Shown here in pieces: positions 1-12,561 of a stretch of 64,000 nt of DNA. Positions within the stretch are counted from its first letter, which is position 1; each line of letters starts with the position of its first letter. Under the pieces are notes generated by a model that searched no databases, was not told where the DNA came from, and saw only the letters and a list, made by a program, of their open reading frames with translations. The stretch covers positions 451,182-515,181 of the forward strand of contig NW_003314302.1 in assembly GCF_000143415.4 (NCBI RefSeq). Direction: 5' to 3'. Position numbers and translations under genes: made by a program. The DNA comes from Selaginella moellendorffii (taxonomy: Eukaryota > Plantae > Lycopodiophyta).

Positions 1-399
1 AAATTTAGCCTTTTCCCTGCCAGCCCCATGTTATTTTATTAGTTTAGATACAAAAGGCTAGAAAAAATCAACTGTCTATGTGTTCCAGTGTTGATCATTA
101 TTTTCTCATAGTCAAAGCGAAGGAGGAGGGAATAGGTCGATGGGATTCTCAGGCCAATTGGGTCGTCATGGACAAACAAGAAAGTGAGAAATCACTCGTG
201 TGGCATGGATAGATTTCAGAGATCAAAATGGTATGAAATTTCCACTCATATATAGTGGTTGTGTTAAAATAAAATGGAATCAATTTAGCACCCATTACGT
301 TTATTTTTTATTCCAACACACTTCCTATGTTTTCTTCTACCAAAAACTAAATGATTTTTTGAAGCATATCATAAGGGGGGTAAGAATGCTAAAACCTCT

Positions 400-921
400 T
401 CAATGGAACTTGAAAGCTCGAATGAACCAGTTGCCTTGGCGAATGATCCAGCTGGCCCAACTGGTAGTTTTCACAACACTATACTGCACTCTACATGCCG
501 CTGCTGTGTAAGATACCGAAGCTGCAGGGCCACACCAAAAAGGAATAGCACGTAGAGCTTCCAAAGTACAAAGCCTGCAAGCAGCCTGATCGTTGCAAGT
601 GAGAGCTCCAAACAAGTCACCATGCTGGGTGGTGATATTGCTTGAGGTGTGGAGCATATCAGTGAAGGCTGCTCCAATAGCACTTGTTGATGGATCCCAG
701 ATAAATAACTTTGTGCAAGAGCATACCAAAGTGTTCGCCAAGTAGCTCTCCCAGCAAAATGGAGTTGTTGGAGCCGGAGATGGAGCTAGAAATGGAGTTG
801 GAACTGGAGCTGGAGCTGCAATTGGAGCTGGAACTAAAGAATTTTCGGAAGGAGGATATCTCTTGGCTCCAGCAATTGTGATTACAAGGGAGAGTGCTAA
901 GAAAACTTTACCTTGCTCCAT
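400..921 (-). CDS. Secreted Pro/Ala-rich protein with a Gnk2/DUF26-like Cys domain (copy 1)
   Basis: Intronless 173-aa ORF: signal peptide, AP/SP/TP-rich stretch, then GALTCNDQAACRLC...WC...CRVQYS, resembling the DUF26 C-x-C-x2-C...C...CxxRY pattern. TATA-like box about 60 bp upstream. Confidence 0.75.
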   Translation of the reverse strand: MEQGKVFLALSLVITIAGAKRYPPSENSLVPAPIAAPAPVPTPFLAPSPAPTTPFCWESYLANTLVCSCTKLFIWDPSTSAIGAAFTDMLHTSSNITTQHGDLFGALTCNDQAACRLCTLEALRAIPFWCGPAASVSYTAAACRVQYSVVKTTSWASWIIRQGNWFIRAFKFH

Positions 922-2659
922 TGTCTATGAAACTATGAACTGTTGTAATTGTTTTGAGATTGAAAACCTGGTTGAAATTTATATAAAGTCAGGAGGAAGG
1001 CCTTGATATTTCCCTACCGGCTGGCAAATGATCAGAAGTAGACAAATCATCTAAAGGTCTTTAACGTGTTTTTTAGCGACAAGGGCGGAGCAAATATTGA
1101 TCTGCCAGTTGTCCTCTAAGAAGCATGAGGTAAATGGGGTTAGCATTTCCTGTTAGTACAGTGAATCAAATAAGAAGATGGTCCGGTAGTAGCTCATATG
1201 CAATCAAAACATAAGAAATCTACATCCAAGGATTTACTATGTTCGTGTAGAGCTTGAAATGTTTAAAATCTTGGTGTTTCCTTTCCTGTACATGAAGTTC
1301 CACGCAAATGGCGAAGCTCTCTCGGTCTCCAAAACTCAGCTGTGGAGGTGGCTCCAAACGAAGAGAGGCAAGGAAAACAAGACAATGAGTAAAAGATGCA
1401 AGGGGATAGAAAAAACTCAAAGATGTCCAAGGCAGAAAAACAAAAAATATAGAGAAATAAAACCACCCAACGAAGCAAACCATGTGATAATTTAGGTACC
1501 ATGTTTATGATGACAAAGTACTGGGGACAGTTTTTTTTTTCTTTCTCTTTTTCTCTTCGAGCGTTCTTCTTGAATCCTCCCACATTAGTAAGATCTGGAA
1601 AACATAGGCTGTAAGTTCAAACAGCAATGCAAGATCATAGCCTTGGTCTCGAGATCACCTCAACCTTTTCTCATGAAACATGGAGTCAATATCAGCAAAC
1701 CTTCCTTGATTTCCTTTGTTGTTTTGCTGGCTGTGGAATTTCACAGAGACTTTGGAGCATTTCACTTCAAATTTCCCGGATGGTGAAACTGAAACGATCA
1801 GAGCACAAAAACAATCAAAATTCAAAAGACACACACTCGCTGACCAGAAACTTGACCTGTTTGACCCCTGCGTGTTAGAACCGGAGCATGAGAAATTTTC
1901 GATTCATCCTGGGTTCCAATCTGTACGTTTGTCGCTCTAGAGCTACGTAGAGCGAAATGTCGGTGGAAGTAAAGATAAGGCACAGGAATTCAAGGAAGCA
2001 CCAAAGCCAGGACGATAGAAATGATCGGTTTTTATACAAGCAAAGCGGCCAACTTCGATCGAATTCTTCCCACTTGCTATATGGCCCTATCCATCAAAGT
2101 CATCTCGTATACACAGGAAGAACCAGTATACAGGAAAGAGTACTTTCTTTCCTTTGTACCAAAGAGCCAAGAAAGGAGAAGAGAGAATTTTCTTCTTTCC
2201 TTTTTGTTCTTGGAGTATGTATGGTTTGCTTGTTCTTGTTCTTGAGAGGAATCTTGCGAGGATCGCATGGGATCCCTCTCTAGCTGCTGCTACTGCCACT
2301 GGCCACCAATCTGCCCATCTTCCAGCACCTAAAAACATTCCATACCTTCATGAGTAGCAAAAGCTGCCAAGTTGTGGTGGTGTCGATTGATCCGGACCAC
2401 GCTCCCTGCTCCAATGACAAATGGCACTAGGAGGAGAAGTAGAGAGATTTCCTGCGGCTCCTGCTCGTGATTTTGCTGCTGCTGATCGTCCTGGCGTGGA
2501 TTTTGGTGATCGTCTTGGATTCTTGCCCCCGGCGCGCGCGCTCCCCCTGGAAACCCTAGCGATGATCGACCGAATGCGGCTGGATTCCCATCTGTTGCGG
2601 GAGATTTTCCAGCCATTCCTGCTGGACATCGAGGACCACGGCGGACGTTGTCTGGGATG

Positions 2660-2810
2660 AGCTGAATCGGCAGAGAGCACCAGTGGTGCGCGCGAGCAGC
2701 CATATATCGATGCAGTCGACGTGGAAGAAACATCCTGGGAGGGAGGCGCACGAATTCTTGCTCCTGGAATTCCCCCAAGCACACACAGCACTCGTGGTTG
2801 GCGAACGCAT
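2660..2810 (-). pseudogene. Frameshifted ATL-type RING-H2 fragment (left arm)
   Basis: ECCVCLGEFQEQEFVRL continues in another frame as LPGCFFHVDCIDIWLLARTT..LCR. The first His ligand is missing. Confidence 0.8.
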
Positions 2811-3604
2811 TTCTTCACGGTGAAATCCGTGAAGAATGGTCGCTATGGAGGGATTACGATACTATGCTACGTTCTTTCTGCCATGAAAGAGTTTGGAGTA
2901 CTCTAGGTACCCGCTCACATCCATGCTGGATCCTCCGGGGCTGCCAGACGATCCCGTTGTGATGCTGTGCTTCATTGCTCCTCAGAGAGAAGAACAAAAA
3001 GATGGACATATTCTAGTCTAAGTACTTCTTCCAAAATGTGGAGCCAAGATTTGGAAGCTACGTGGTATACTGTCTCAAACTCTATAAACCTTTGACGACC
3101 AACACCAATTTATGAGAAGGCGCAACATGCTAGCATCCATATCCATGATGCCTATAATAATTAATATTGGACTTCCTTAAATTTACACCTCTATTATATT
3201 AACCTTCAATTGATGTTTGACATCTTCTCAGTAAATACTAATTGTGTACAGAGGGTTGATAATCTTTGTGGGTTACATCCATATAATTGAAGACTCTTGC
3301 ACAACAAATGTTGCACTACATAGCTGAGGTACTTATATGTCTCAACGTCTACCCCACTTTGCTTTTAACATTTATTATACTTGGCAGGTGTTGATAAATA
3401 TTAAATTATTTTGATTAAAAATTTATTAATTCTTACTTTTTGAAACAAAAATATTTTAAAATAAAAAATATAAGTGGTTTTTAATTCTTGGAGAGTTAAA
3501 AATATTATTATTTTAAGGTTTTTTAATGTAAAAAGGTTTTCTTTGAATCTTATTTTCCTTTGTGAACAACAACACTTCGACATTCTTTAATTTGTTTCCA
3601 ACTA

Positions 3605-3650
3605 AGAATGGACCTTTAGAACCTGAAAGCCCGAATGAACCAATTGCCAT
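3605..3650 (-). pseudogene. Relic 3' end of a third DUF26-like gene copy
   Basis: The reverse strand reads GGCAATTGGTTCATTCGGGCTTTCAGGTTCTAA = GNWFIRAFRF*, matching the GNWFIRAFKFH* end of both intact copies. Confidence 0.6.
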
Positions 3651-4564
3651 AGTATAATAAATGTTAAAAGCAAGATGGAGTAGAGGTTGAGGCATTACAA
3701 ATACCTCAGCTGTGTAGTGCAACACTGGTTGTGCAAGAGTCATCAATTATATGGATGAAACCCACAAAAATTACCAACCCTCTGTACACAATTAGTATTT
3801 ATTGAGAAGATGTCAAATATCAATTGAAGGTTAATATAATAGAGGTGTAAACTTAAGAAAATCCAATATTGATTGAAGGTAGGCAGATTCTAGCATCATC
3901 TCCAATAGAACTTAAAGTCTGGAGGAAATAATATGTAGTATATCTTGCGCCTTCTCATAAGTTGGTGTTGGTCGTCAAGGCCTATAGAGTTTGAGACAGT
4001 TTACTTAGCCATCGTCTGGATGTAGATGGTGGCACAAGCTGCAAGGTTGGACAAGATCCCTGGGCATCAATTAGCTACTCCTCACAAACACGACTTATGT
4101 TCCAATGGCATGGATAGAGCGGTTCTTCGAGAAGCATTCCACCACCTTCATTCAATATTTGAACATGGTAAACCTCAATATTGGCCCCATGAGATGAGGA
4201 GGTGAACACACTGGTGCTATTGCTTTCGAACACATTTGCCAACGATTTCATCTTCCACTGGATGGTGTGGGCTTGATGGCCCTCCTAATCCCCAAGCCAA
4301 AGCTATCCCAATGCCCAACTTGAAACATGAGAAGTTTATTAGCCGCAATCGAAGTCCCATGCTAAGGCACGTAGCTTCCAAATCTTGGCTCCTCACGTCG
4401 GAACAAGTACTTAGACTAGAACCATCTTTTCCTTCTTCTCTCTGAGCATCCCAACGGGATCGTCTGGCAGGCCCGGAGGATCCAGCATGGATGTGAGCGG
4501 GTACCTAGAGCACTCCAAACTCTTGTTTTATTTCATGCCATCCCTCCATAGCGATCATCCTAAA

Positions 4565-4710
4565 TGCGTTCGCCAACCGCGAGTGCTGTGTGTGCTTGGG
4601 GGAATTCCAGGAGGATTCGTACGCTTCCCTCCCAGGATGTTTCTTCCACGTCGACTGCATCGATATATCTCGTGCACACCACTTGCGCTCTCTGCCGATT
4701 CAAGCTCAAC
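4565..4710 (+). pseudogene. Degenerate ATL-type RING-H2 fragment (right arm)
   Basis: CLGEFQED...LPGCFFHVDCIDI and HTTCALCR are split across frames. It mirrors the left copy. Confidence 0.78.
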
Positions 4711-6445
4711 GTCCACGCCGGCGCCGTGGTTCTCGATGTCCCGCAGGAATCGCTGGGAAATCTCCCGCAGCAGCTGGGAATCCAGCCCCTGGAAACCCTA
4801 GCGATGTTCGTGCGAATGCGGGAGCAAGAATCCAAGAAACGGCGCAAGACGATCACCAAAATCCACGTCAGGACGATCAGCAGCAGCAGCAGCAGCAGCC
4901 GCAAGCCACCAGGAAATCTCTCCTAGGGACATTGGAGCAGGGGAGCGTGGTCCGGATCAATCACATGTGGGGACACCACCACACCTTGGCAGCTCTTTTG
5001 CTACTCAAGACGGTATGGAATGTTTTTAGTGGCAAGTGGCCTTAGCAGCAGCTAGAGAAGGATCCAATGCGATCCTCGCAAGATTCCTCTCAAGAACAAG
5101 AACAGGCAAAGCATACATACTCCAAGAACAAAAAGAAAAAAAGAAAGCCTTTCTTGGCTCTTTGATACAAAGAAAAGGAAGTACTCTCTCCTGTATACTG
5201 GTTCTTCCTGTGTATACGAGATGACTTTGATGAATAGGGCCGTATAGCAAGTGGGAAGAATTCGATCGAAGTTGGCCGTCTTTGCTTGTATAAAAGCCGA
5301 CCATTTCTGTCGTCCTGGCTTTGGTGCTTCCTTGAATTCCCATGCCTTCTCTTTACTTCCACCGACATTTCGCTCTACGTAGCTCTAGAGCGATAAACGT
5401 ACCGATTGAAACCCAGGATGGATCGAAAATTTCTCATGCTCCGGTTATCACACGCAGGGGTCAATCAAGTCAAGTTTCTGGTCAGCGAGTGTGGGTCTTT
5501 TGGGTTTTGATTGTTTTTGTGCTCTGATCGTTTCAGTTTCGCCATCCAGGAAAATTCAAGTGAAATGCTCCAAAGTCTCTGTGAGAGTTCACAGCCAGCA
5601 AAACAACAAAGGAAATCAAGGAAGTTTTGCTGATATTGACTCCATGTTTCATGAGAAAAGGTTGACCTCGAGACCAGGGCTATGATTTTGCATTGCTGTT
5701 TGAATTTACAGCCTATGTTTTTCAGATCTTACTAATGTAAGAAGAACACTCGAAGAAGAAGAAGAAACTGTCCCAGCCATGATGCAATCATAAACATGGT
5801 ACCTAGCAAGGTACAATTATCACATGGTTTGCTATGTTGGCTGGTTTTATTTTTCTATTTTTTTTGTTTTTCCGCCTTAGACATCTTTGAGTTGCATCTT
5901 TTTCTCATTGTCTTGTTTTCTTTGCCTTCTCTTCGTTTGGAGTCACTCAGAGAAAAGCATCTCCAGCAGAGTTTTGGAGACCGAGAGAGCTTCGCCATTT
6001 GCGTGGAACTTCATGTATAGGAAAGGAAACACCAAGATTTTAAACATTTCAAGCTCTGCACGAACACAGTAAATCCTTGCATGTTGCTGATTTCTTGTGT
6101 TTTGATTGCATATGAGCTACTAGCGGACCATCTTCTTATTTGATTCACTGTACTAACAGGAAAAGCTAATCCGATTTGCCTCATGCTTCTTAGAGGACAA
6201 CTGGCAGATCATATAAACAGTATGACATTTGGATGTTATGCTTCAATTACCAGCCAATGTTTGCTCACGCTCTTGTCACTAAAAGACACGTTAAAAACCT
6301 CTAAATAATTTTGGCCAAATAATTTGTCTACTTCTGATAATTTGCCGGCCGGTAGGGAAATATCAAGGCCTTCCTCCTGACTTTATATAACTTTCAATCA
6401 GGTTTCAAGCTCAAAGAATTACAACAGTTCATAGTTTCATAGACA

Positions 6446-6955
6446 ATGGAGCAAGGTAAACTTTTCATAGCACTCTCCCTTGTAATCACAATTGCTGGAG
6501 CCAAGAGATATCCTCCTTCCAAAAATTATTTAGTTCCAGCTCCACTTCCAGCTCCAATTGCATCTCCAGCTCCAACTTCAACTCCAAAAACTCCATTTTG
6601 CTGGGAGAGCTACCTAGACAGCACGTTGGTATGCTCTTGTGCAAAATTATCTACCTGGGATCCATCAACCAAGGCTATTGGAGCAGCCTTGACTGATATG
6701 GTCCGTACCTCAAGCAATATCACCACCCAGCATGGTGACTTGTTTGGATCTCTAACTTGCAACGATCAGGCTGCTTGCAGGCTTTGTACTTTGGAAGCTG
6801 TACGTGCTATTTCTTTTTTGTGTGTCCCTGCAGCTTCGGTATCTTACACAGCAGCGGCATGTAGAGTGCAGTATAGTGTTGTGAAAACTACCAGTTGGGC
6901 CAGCTGGATCATTCGCCAAGGCAACTGGTTCATTCGAGCTTTCAAGTTCCATTGA
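6446..6955 (+). CDS. Secreted Pro/Ala-rich protein with a Gnk2/DUF26-like Cys domain (copy 2)
   Basis: Intact 169-aa paralog of 400..921 with all Cys conserved. CTTTATATAA at about 6381. Confidence 0.75.
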   Translation: MEQGKLFIALSLVITIAGAKRYPPSKNYLVPAPLPAPIASPAPTSTPKTPFCWESYLDSTLVCSCAKLSTWDPSTKAIGAALTDMVRTSSNITTQHGDLFGSLTCNDQAACRLCTLEAVRAISFLCVPAASVSYTAAACRVQYSVVKTTSWASWIIRQGNWFIRAFKFH

Positions 6956-9900
6956 AGAGGTTTTAGCGTTCTTACCTCCTTATGATATGCTTCAAAAAAT
7001 CATTTAGAAAACATAATTAGGTCATATCATTAGCAATAAAAAATAAACGTAATGAGTGCTAAATTAATTCCAATTTCATTTTAACACAACCACTATATAT
7101 GAGTGGAAATTTCATACCATTTTGATCTCTGAAATCTATCCATGCCACACGCAAAATAGTGATCTCTCACTTGCTTGTTTGTCCATGACGACCCAATTGG
7201 CCTGAGAATCCCATCGACCTATTCCCTCCTTCGCTTTGACTATGAGAAAATAATTGTGATGCCATAGCCTTTACTAATAAAATAACATGGGGCTGGCAAA
7301 AAAAAAAAGGTGCTGATTAGATTTAATTTATTCGAGCACAGTTGGGTTATATCTGAACATGTATGATATCATAAGGCCCTTAGTTTACTTTCTTGGCCTT
7401 GAAGACATATAAAAATTTGGTTCTTGTTGAACTCGAAAGAAAAATGAGATTCATGGTACCATAACAAAATGCTAATAATCTTTTATTCCTTTCCTTAATT
7501 TGAACTTAGAAGGTCCTTTACTTTTTCTTTCATCTGAAGATGAAAGGAAGCATCCTTTATTTAGAAAATGTTTCACATTGCACCATATAGTTTTTCCTTC
7601 CACTATACTGTGGCTAGAATTAAGATGAAAATCAAAAGGGACCAAGAGTGAGGTGAGTTAATGCCCATACGACTACTGCGACCAAGAGCACAAATGGACC
7701 ATACACACCATCTTATTGTATTCATGTAGAATTATGGTTCTAATTAAAATCTATATTGATTTTGCATGAAGGAATTAACAAACCTGGATATCTGGAACAT
7801 GCCTGGTATTCTGGCATATTCTATTATCTGGTTTAGTCTTTCTTAAACACCTCCAGATATATTTTAGCTTATTCATGGTTGATATGAAACTAGATTAATA
7901 ATTTTTTTATAAGGAATTTTTATAATTTAGTATATTTTATATAATCTAATCTAAAGATGGTTTGTTTTTAAATCTAGCTTTTTACAAATCACAACATGGC
8001 TTTTTAATCTTGAGTGGTTTTTATAGTAAAAGCTACTTAACATGGTACTTTACTGAGTGGTGCATATATATTGTGGTTTTTCTATAGTGGATTTAGTTTT
8101 TGATGATGGATAATTGAGTAGTTGTAACTTTCAATAGTGGATTTATCTTTATATGTGACTTCTAATTATGGTTAATTTAGTGATTGTGGCTTTCAATAGT
8201 AGATTTTTTTTTGCTTGATGACAAATTGAATGACTAATGAAAGATTATATGAAAAATTAGATGTGGCTTTTTTAATGGTTGTGATTGGATTAAGTCTCAA
8301 TAAAAAAGTCCAAAATTTAGATATTTAAATAGGTTATTTATTATATTAAAATGAATAAATTATAAAAGCCACAATAATATTAATACTAATATAAATAATA
8401 TAATAATTTTATTGGTAAAATAATATCTATATTAAGTAAATTAAACATTTTTCTCTATTTATTCTAATCATTACATTATAAAAGTTTTATAAGTGTAATA
8501 CTGACTATATAGGTGCTGCATTTTTACTTTTCATTTTTATTACTTTTTAAAAATCTCAGCCTGAACTAATATCTTTGAAAAGTATAAATTTCTGTATAAA
8601 TAGCATGAATTATACTTAGAAAAGTATAAACACTAGCCTAGTGCTACATGCAACTATCTGTTCCTGATACTAGTAATCATCCATAACTGAAAAAATAGAA
8701 AGAGTCATTCAATCACTAAAGCTTTTAGCGAGTAAAAATCTTACTCAAAGATTCATTGATAACCATGGTCTTTGGATATCAAATTGATGCTTGTACCACA
8801 CAAACTTGTGAAGGATCAAACTCGTGATCAAAGAGGCAATTAGAGGAATGACATGGACTAGGGGTGGTAGAACTATAACATATGTAGAGGATTATGAAAT
8901 TCTAAGAATCTTAAAGCTAGAAAATAAAAGTGAAAAGCAATAGGAAATGAGGGTTAAGCCAGGCTTCACTCACCTCCAAATTTTGCATTTAACAATGTTT
9001 ATTAAAGTGTTTAGAGTAGAATGTGTTTTATTGCTTATAAGCATCTTGAGTGTGGCTTGGATTGAAGTGTGCTTTTTTGTGGCTATAGGTTCTTTTCTTT
9101 GAATAGCAAGTGTGTTTTTTTCAATGTCCCCAAGTACTTTAGTGAGTGTGTTTGTAAATTTTGTATCGACATCTTAGTGTGTTGTGGGGTTACATGTGTT
9201 TATTTTGCATCAAGAGAGTGACTGGGCTATATTGGCAAGAGATTAGGGAAGCATCACTAGGCTGACTTGTTATACATTCTATCCCATATGGCTTGAGTAA
9301 TGAGTTTGTTTATTACAACCTTTTTAGTATTATAGGAATCGTGAGACGATTTTTGTATGTGGGGGAGAGAATTAGCTTTTGAAGTATGAGTTTCTTTGTT
9401 AATCTTTAACCCAATACTGTCATGGCATCTTCTTGGAGAGTTGAATGTAAGAAGATGGCCAATGGTAGATCTAGATACCACTAAATACCTTGTTGAGCCC
9501 ATGACCATGGGCCATGGCTTTTTACTTTATGATCAAAGGAGGCTACTCTTAACCTTTCATCATTAGTCCATTCTAAGCTAGTAGTTCTCTCAAAACTTCT
9601 TTCTAGCTTTCAAAATTTTTAATATACTTTTGCAGTTCTAGGGTAGAGGTAATAGCCTTTGGCCAAGTAAATGTTTGAGTAAAGCATGTTCCACAAACAG
9701 CCTAACCACATGTAGTGCAAGCAATTTCTCTGCCACAGGAAGATATCATTGTTAACTTTTTCTCCTTAGGTCATGTCATGTCATCTAGAAAATTGTTAGC
9801 TTCAAAGGATGCAAAAACAGCTTTTGATAGTATGGATAATCAAAGTCAATTGATTTTTATAACAGTCTTCTTGGCATTTTATTTCTATAATAATCCACTA

Positions 9901-12561
9901 TAGGATGATTTATTGGAAGGTTTAAGCTCAATAAAAGCACTACATTCTATAAAAATTACTGGCCAAAAGAGATCAAAACACCTATTCAGTTATATCGTTC
10001 CATTCAATAAAACTCACCTCTATAGTACTCTTCAATTTTGATTAAGGAGATTGTTTTCCGAATTCAATTTTTAATTATTGGTATCTTCTAATTGCCATAA
10101 TAAAAACAACTAATATTTAAAGTAGATAAGAAAACCAGTTTATCAAACCCTAAACTGAGTGAATCAATGAATATTAGAAAAAGGGATTAAAATTCTAGAA
10201 TATTTCTTTCTTGTTATGAGACTAGGAAAAAAAAAGAATGCAGAATATTCTTTATAGTACATGATAGATTGTGCTATACCTTATGTAGAATAGAATGCAA
10301 ACTAGAAATACAGATTTTAGTTAATAATGATTATTAACTTAATATTAATTTCATTAGATATTTGAATAATTTATTGTGATGTGCATCATGCTTTGGATTT
10401 TGATTTTAACTATTATTTCATATAAGAAGCTGTTAGACATATTTCTACTACTAAATTAACTTTGTATAGATCAAGTACCATAAGATATGACTTCTTGATT
10501 TCAACTACATAGCTATTGCTGGATTGCATGCCTAGCATAATTGTTAAAAAAGGTTGTAATCCTTTGTGATCTGTTAAGTAACTTGTAACAAGCCGTGGTA
10601 GCTTTGAAGATGTGATGGGAGTCATTCATAGTGGAGCCTATCACTAATGAAATTGTGGAAACATGGTGTTAATCTTCTTTGTAAGTATGGTTATAACACA
10701 CCTCTATATACTTAGAATTTTTAAAAGCTGCACTAATAAAAAATAAATAAATTCTTATTTGACTATAGATTTTTAATATACTTGTGTTCAAGTGACATTG
10801 TGCAAAGTTTGAAACGTATATAGGTATGAAAGGTATGATAGGTATAGTTTCTAAAGAGTTTCAATTGAATTCTGAAATTCAATCTATTTTGATTCTTATA
10901 AGGAACATATCTATATAAATTGGTTTATGTAATGGCACAAACACTAAAAAAGGTACTAAAATTGTGAAATTATTACAGGACAATAAATGTCAAAAACTTT
11001 TATCCCATGAAATGTGAAAAAAAACAAATTTTAATTCGTTTGGGGTATTACCTAACTGTTTCTAAATCATTGTGGTTGAAATTTTGCTTCTACAACCAAT
11101 TTTCACACATGGCCAACCTTATGTTACTCCCTCAAAGTGTTCTTCACCTGAACAACTTTGTATTTAACCCCTTTTCAAGGTAATTTTATATTGCATAATT
11201 AACACTTTTATATGATGAATATAATTTACACTGAAATACTTCAATAGACTTGAATTTATAAGTTGCATTGATCCAGCCAAAAAGTACTATCAAGAATCTT
11301 ATTTCTTTATGTTAAATTTCTATGCCTTCAACAAGGTATGCCATGCCTCTATTGTACAGCTCCCTCACATCACTTTAGAGATTGGAATTAACAATACTAT
11401 AGCATTACTCTGGTGAAGCTATTACAACCTTGCAAGATAAGCTCAAATTGCAATTTGAGCCAGAGGAATTAATCATAGTGCAGCCTTTCAATAGCAACTT
11501 TGGAACAAGTTTAGAGTTTTAAAAAAGCATAGAAATGGTGTTAATGGTTGAAAGTTTTGCCAATTGCCTAGCATTTGCTGAGCAATTACTAGTGTGTAAA
11601 TAAAATGTGATTGTGTGCATTATAATATTGTGTGCAATTGAAAACAGAAAAATATATCTACACATATGTAAATAATGCACTGTTCTTTTTGTAATACTAC
11701 TTGTAATACTGTATTTCATGTTTTGTTAACTTAACTATATGTTTTAAATCCTTTAGGATCTTCAGTGTTGAGAAGCTTTCATGTGGCATCGAACAGCATC
11801 CATATGGATTATGAAAAAGATGGCACCCTCAGCCAAAGCTAGCACAGGATCAAAGAGAGAGAGCTCCAAACTTTTAGGGACGGATCGAATTAACAAAAGG
11901 ATGGTACGGACGAGTCTGCCCCCAAAATATCAGTAAAATCTCTCATGCTGTAGGGTTTTTAGCTTATCCATGATATATGGAGCTTGAGGCCCCAAGGCGC
12001 TAGCGCGATCGCGGAGTTCCGGCATTTCGATCGATCGATCAGGTAATCCGCTGCATGATCGCGCACCAGATTCTGGAGTGTCGATCCTCATATTTCCTGA
12101 ATCTCTTGCGCTTCCTGGCTAGGTCGATCGGCGACGCCTCACATTTCGATCGATCCCGATCGATTCCTCCATAATCTCTGGGATTTCCACGGGGTTTGGG
12201 AAGATTTGTGAGGAAATGGTACATGTCGTGTCAGTCGAGCTGTCGGTTTCTCTAGGAACTGTGTTGGACGCATTAGGCAAGGCATCTTAGTCGCAGGATC
12301 AACGACGCGAGAGTTTTCTTTCCTTTTTCTTTAGCGCTCGCGTGTGGAAGATGCGTGAAATCACTTTAGGCTGGTGCTAACATCTTGGAATTCTTTGGAA
12401 CAGGGCAGAGATACTCTGGGAGTGATTGGAGTGTAGAAAATTCGCTCCTGGTGGTTGGAAAAGCTTGGACCGCTCTATTTGTATCGCTGCTCCTCCCCGA
12501 CGGGGTTAGCTACGGCGCCTTCCTGTATGCAGTTCGAGCTCCTCCGGGTGACTATAGTCGA

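Larger units (their letters stand above)
18..7298. repeat. Large diverged inverted duplication (arms about 18-3381 and 3650-7298, spacer about 270 bp)
   Basis: Reverse-complement matches at the outer ends (CAGCCCCATGTTATTTTATTAGT near 21 vs ACTAATAAAATAACATGGGGCTG near 7273) and inner ends (GCTTTTAACATTTATTATACT near 3361 vs AGTATAATAAATGTTAAAAGC near 3651). Paralogous ORFs are mirrored throughout. The left arm may extend past the window edge. Confidence 0.93.

Noticed and set aside
7300-11750. Short ORFs in the AT-rich block (likewise 39100-40900 and 63030-64000)
   Set aside because: No motifs or coding bias. Probably decayed repeats whose termini I could not identify.
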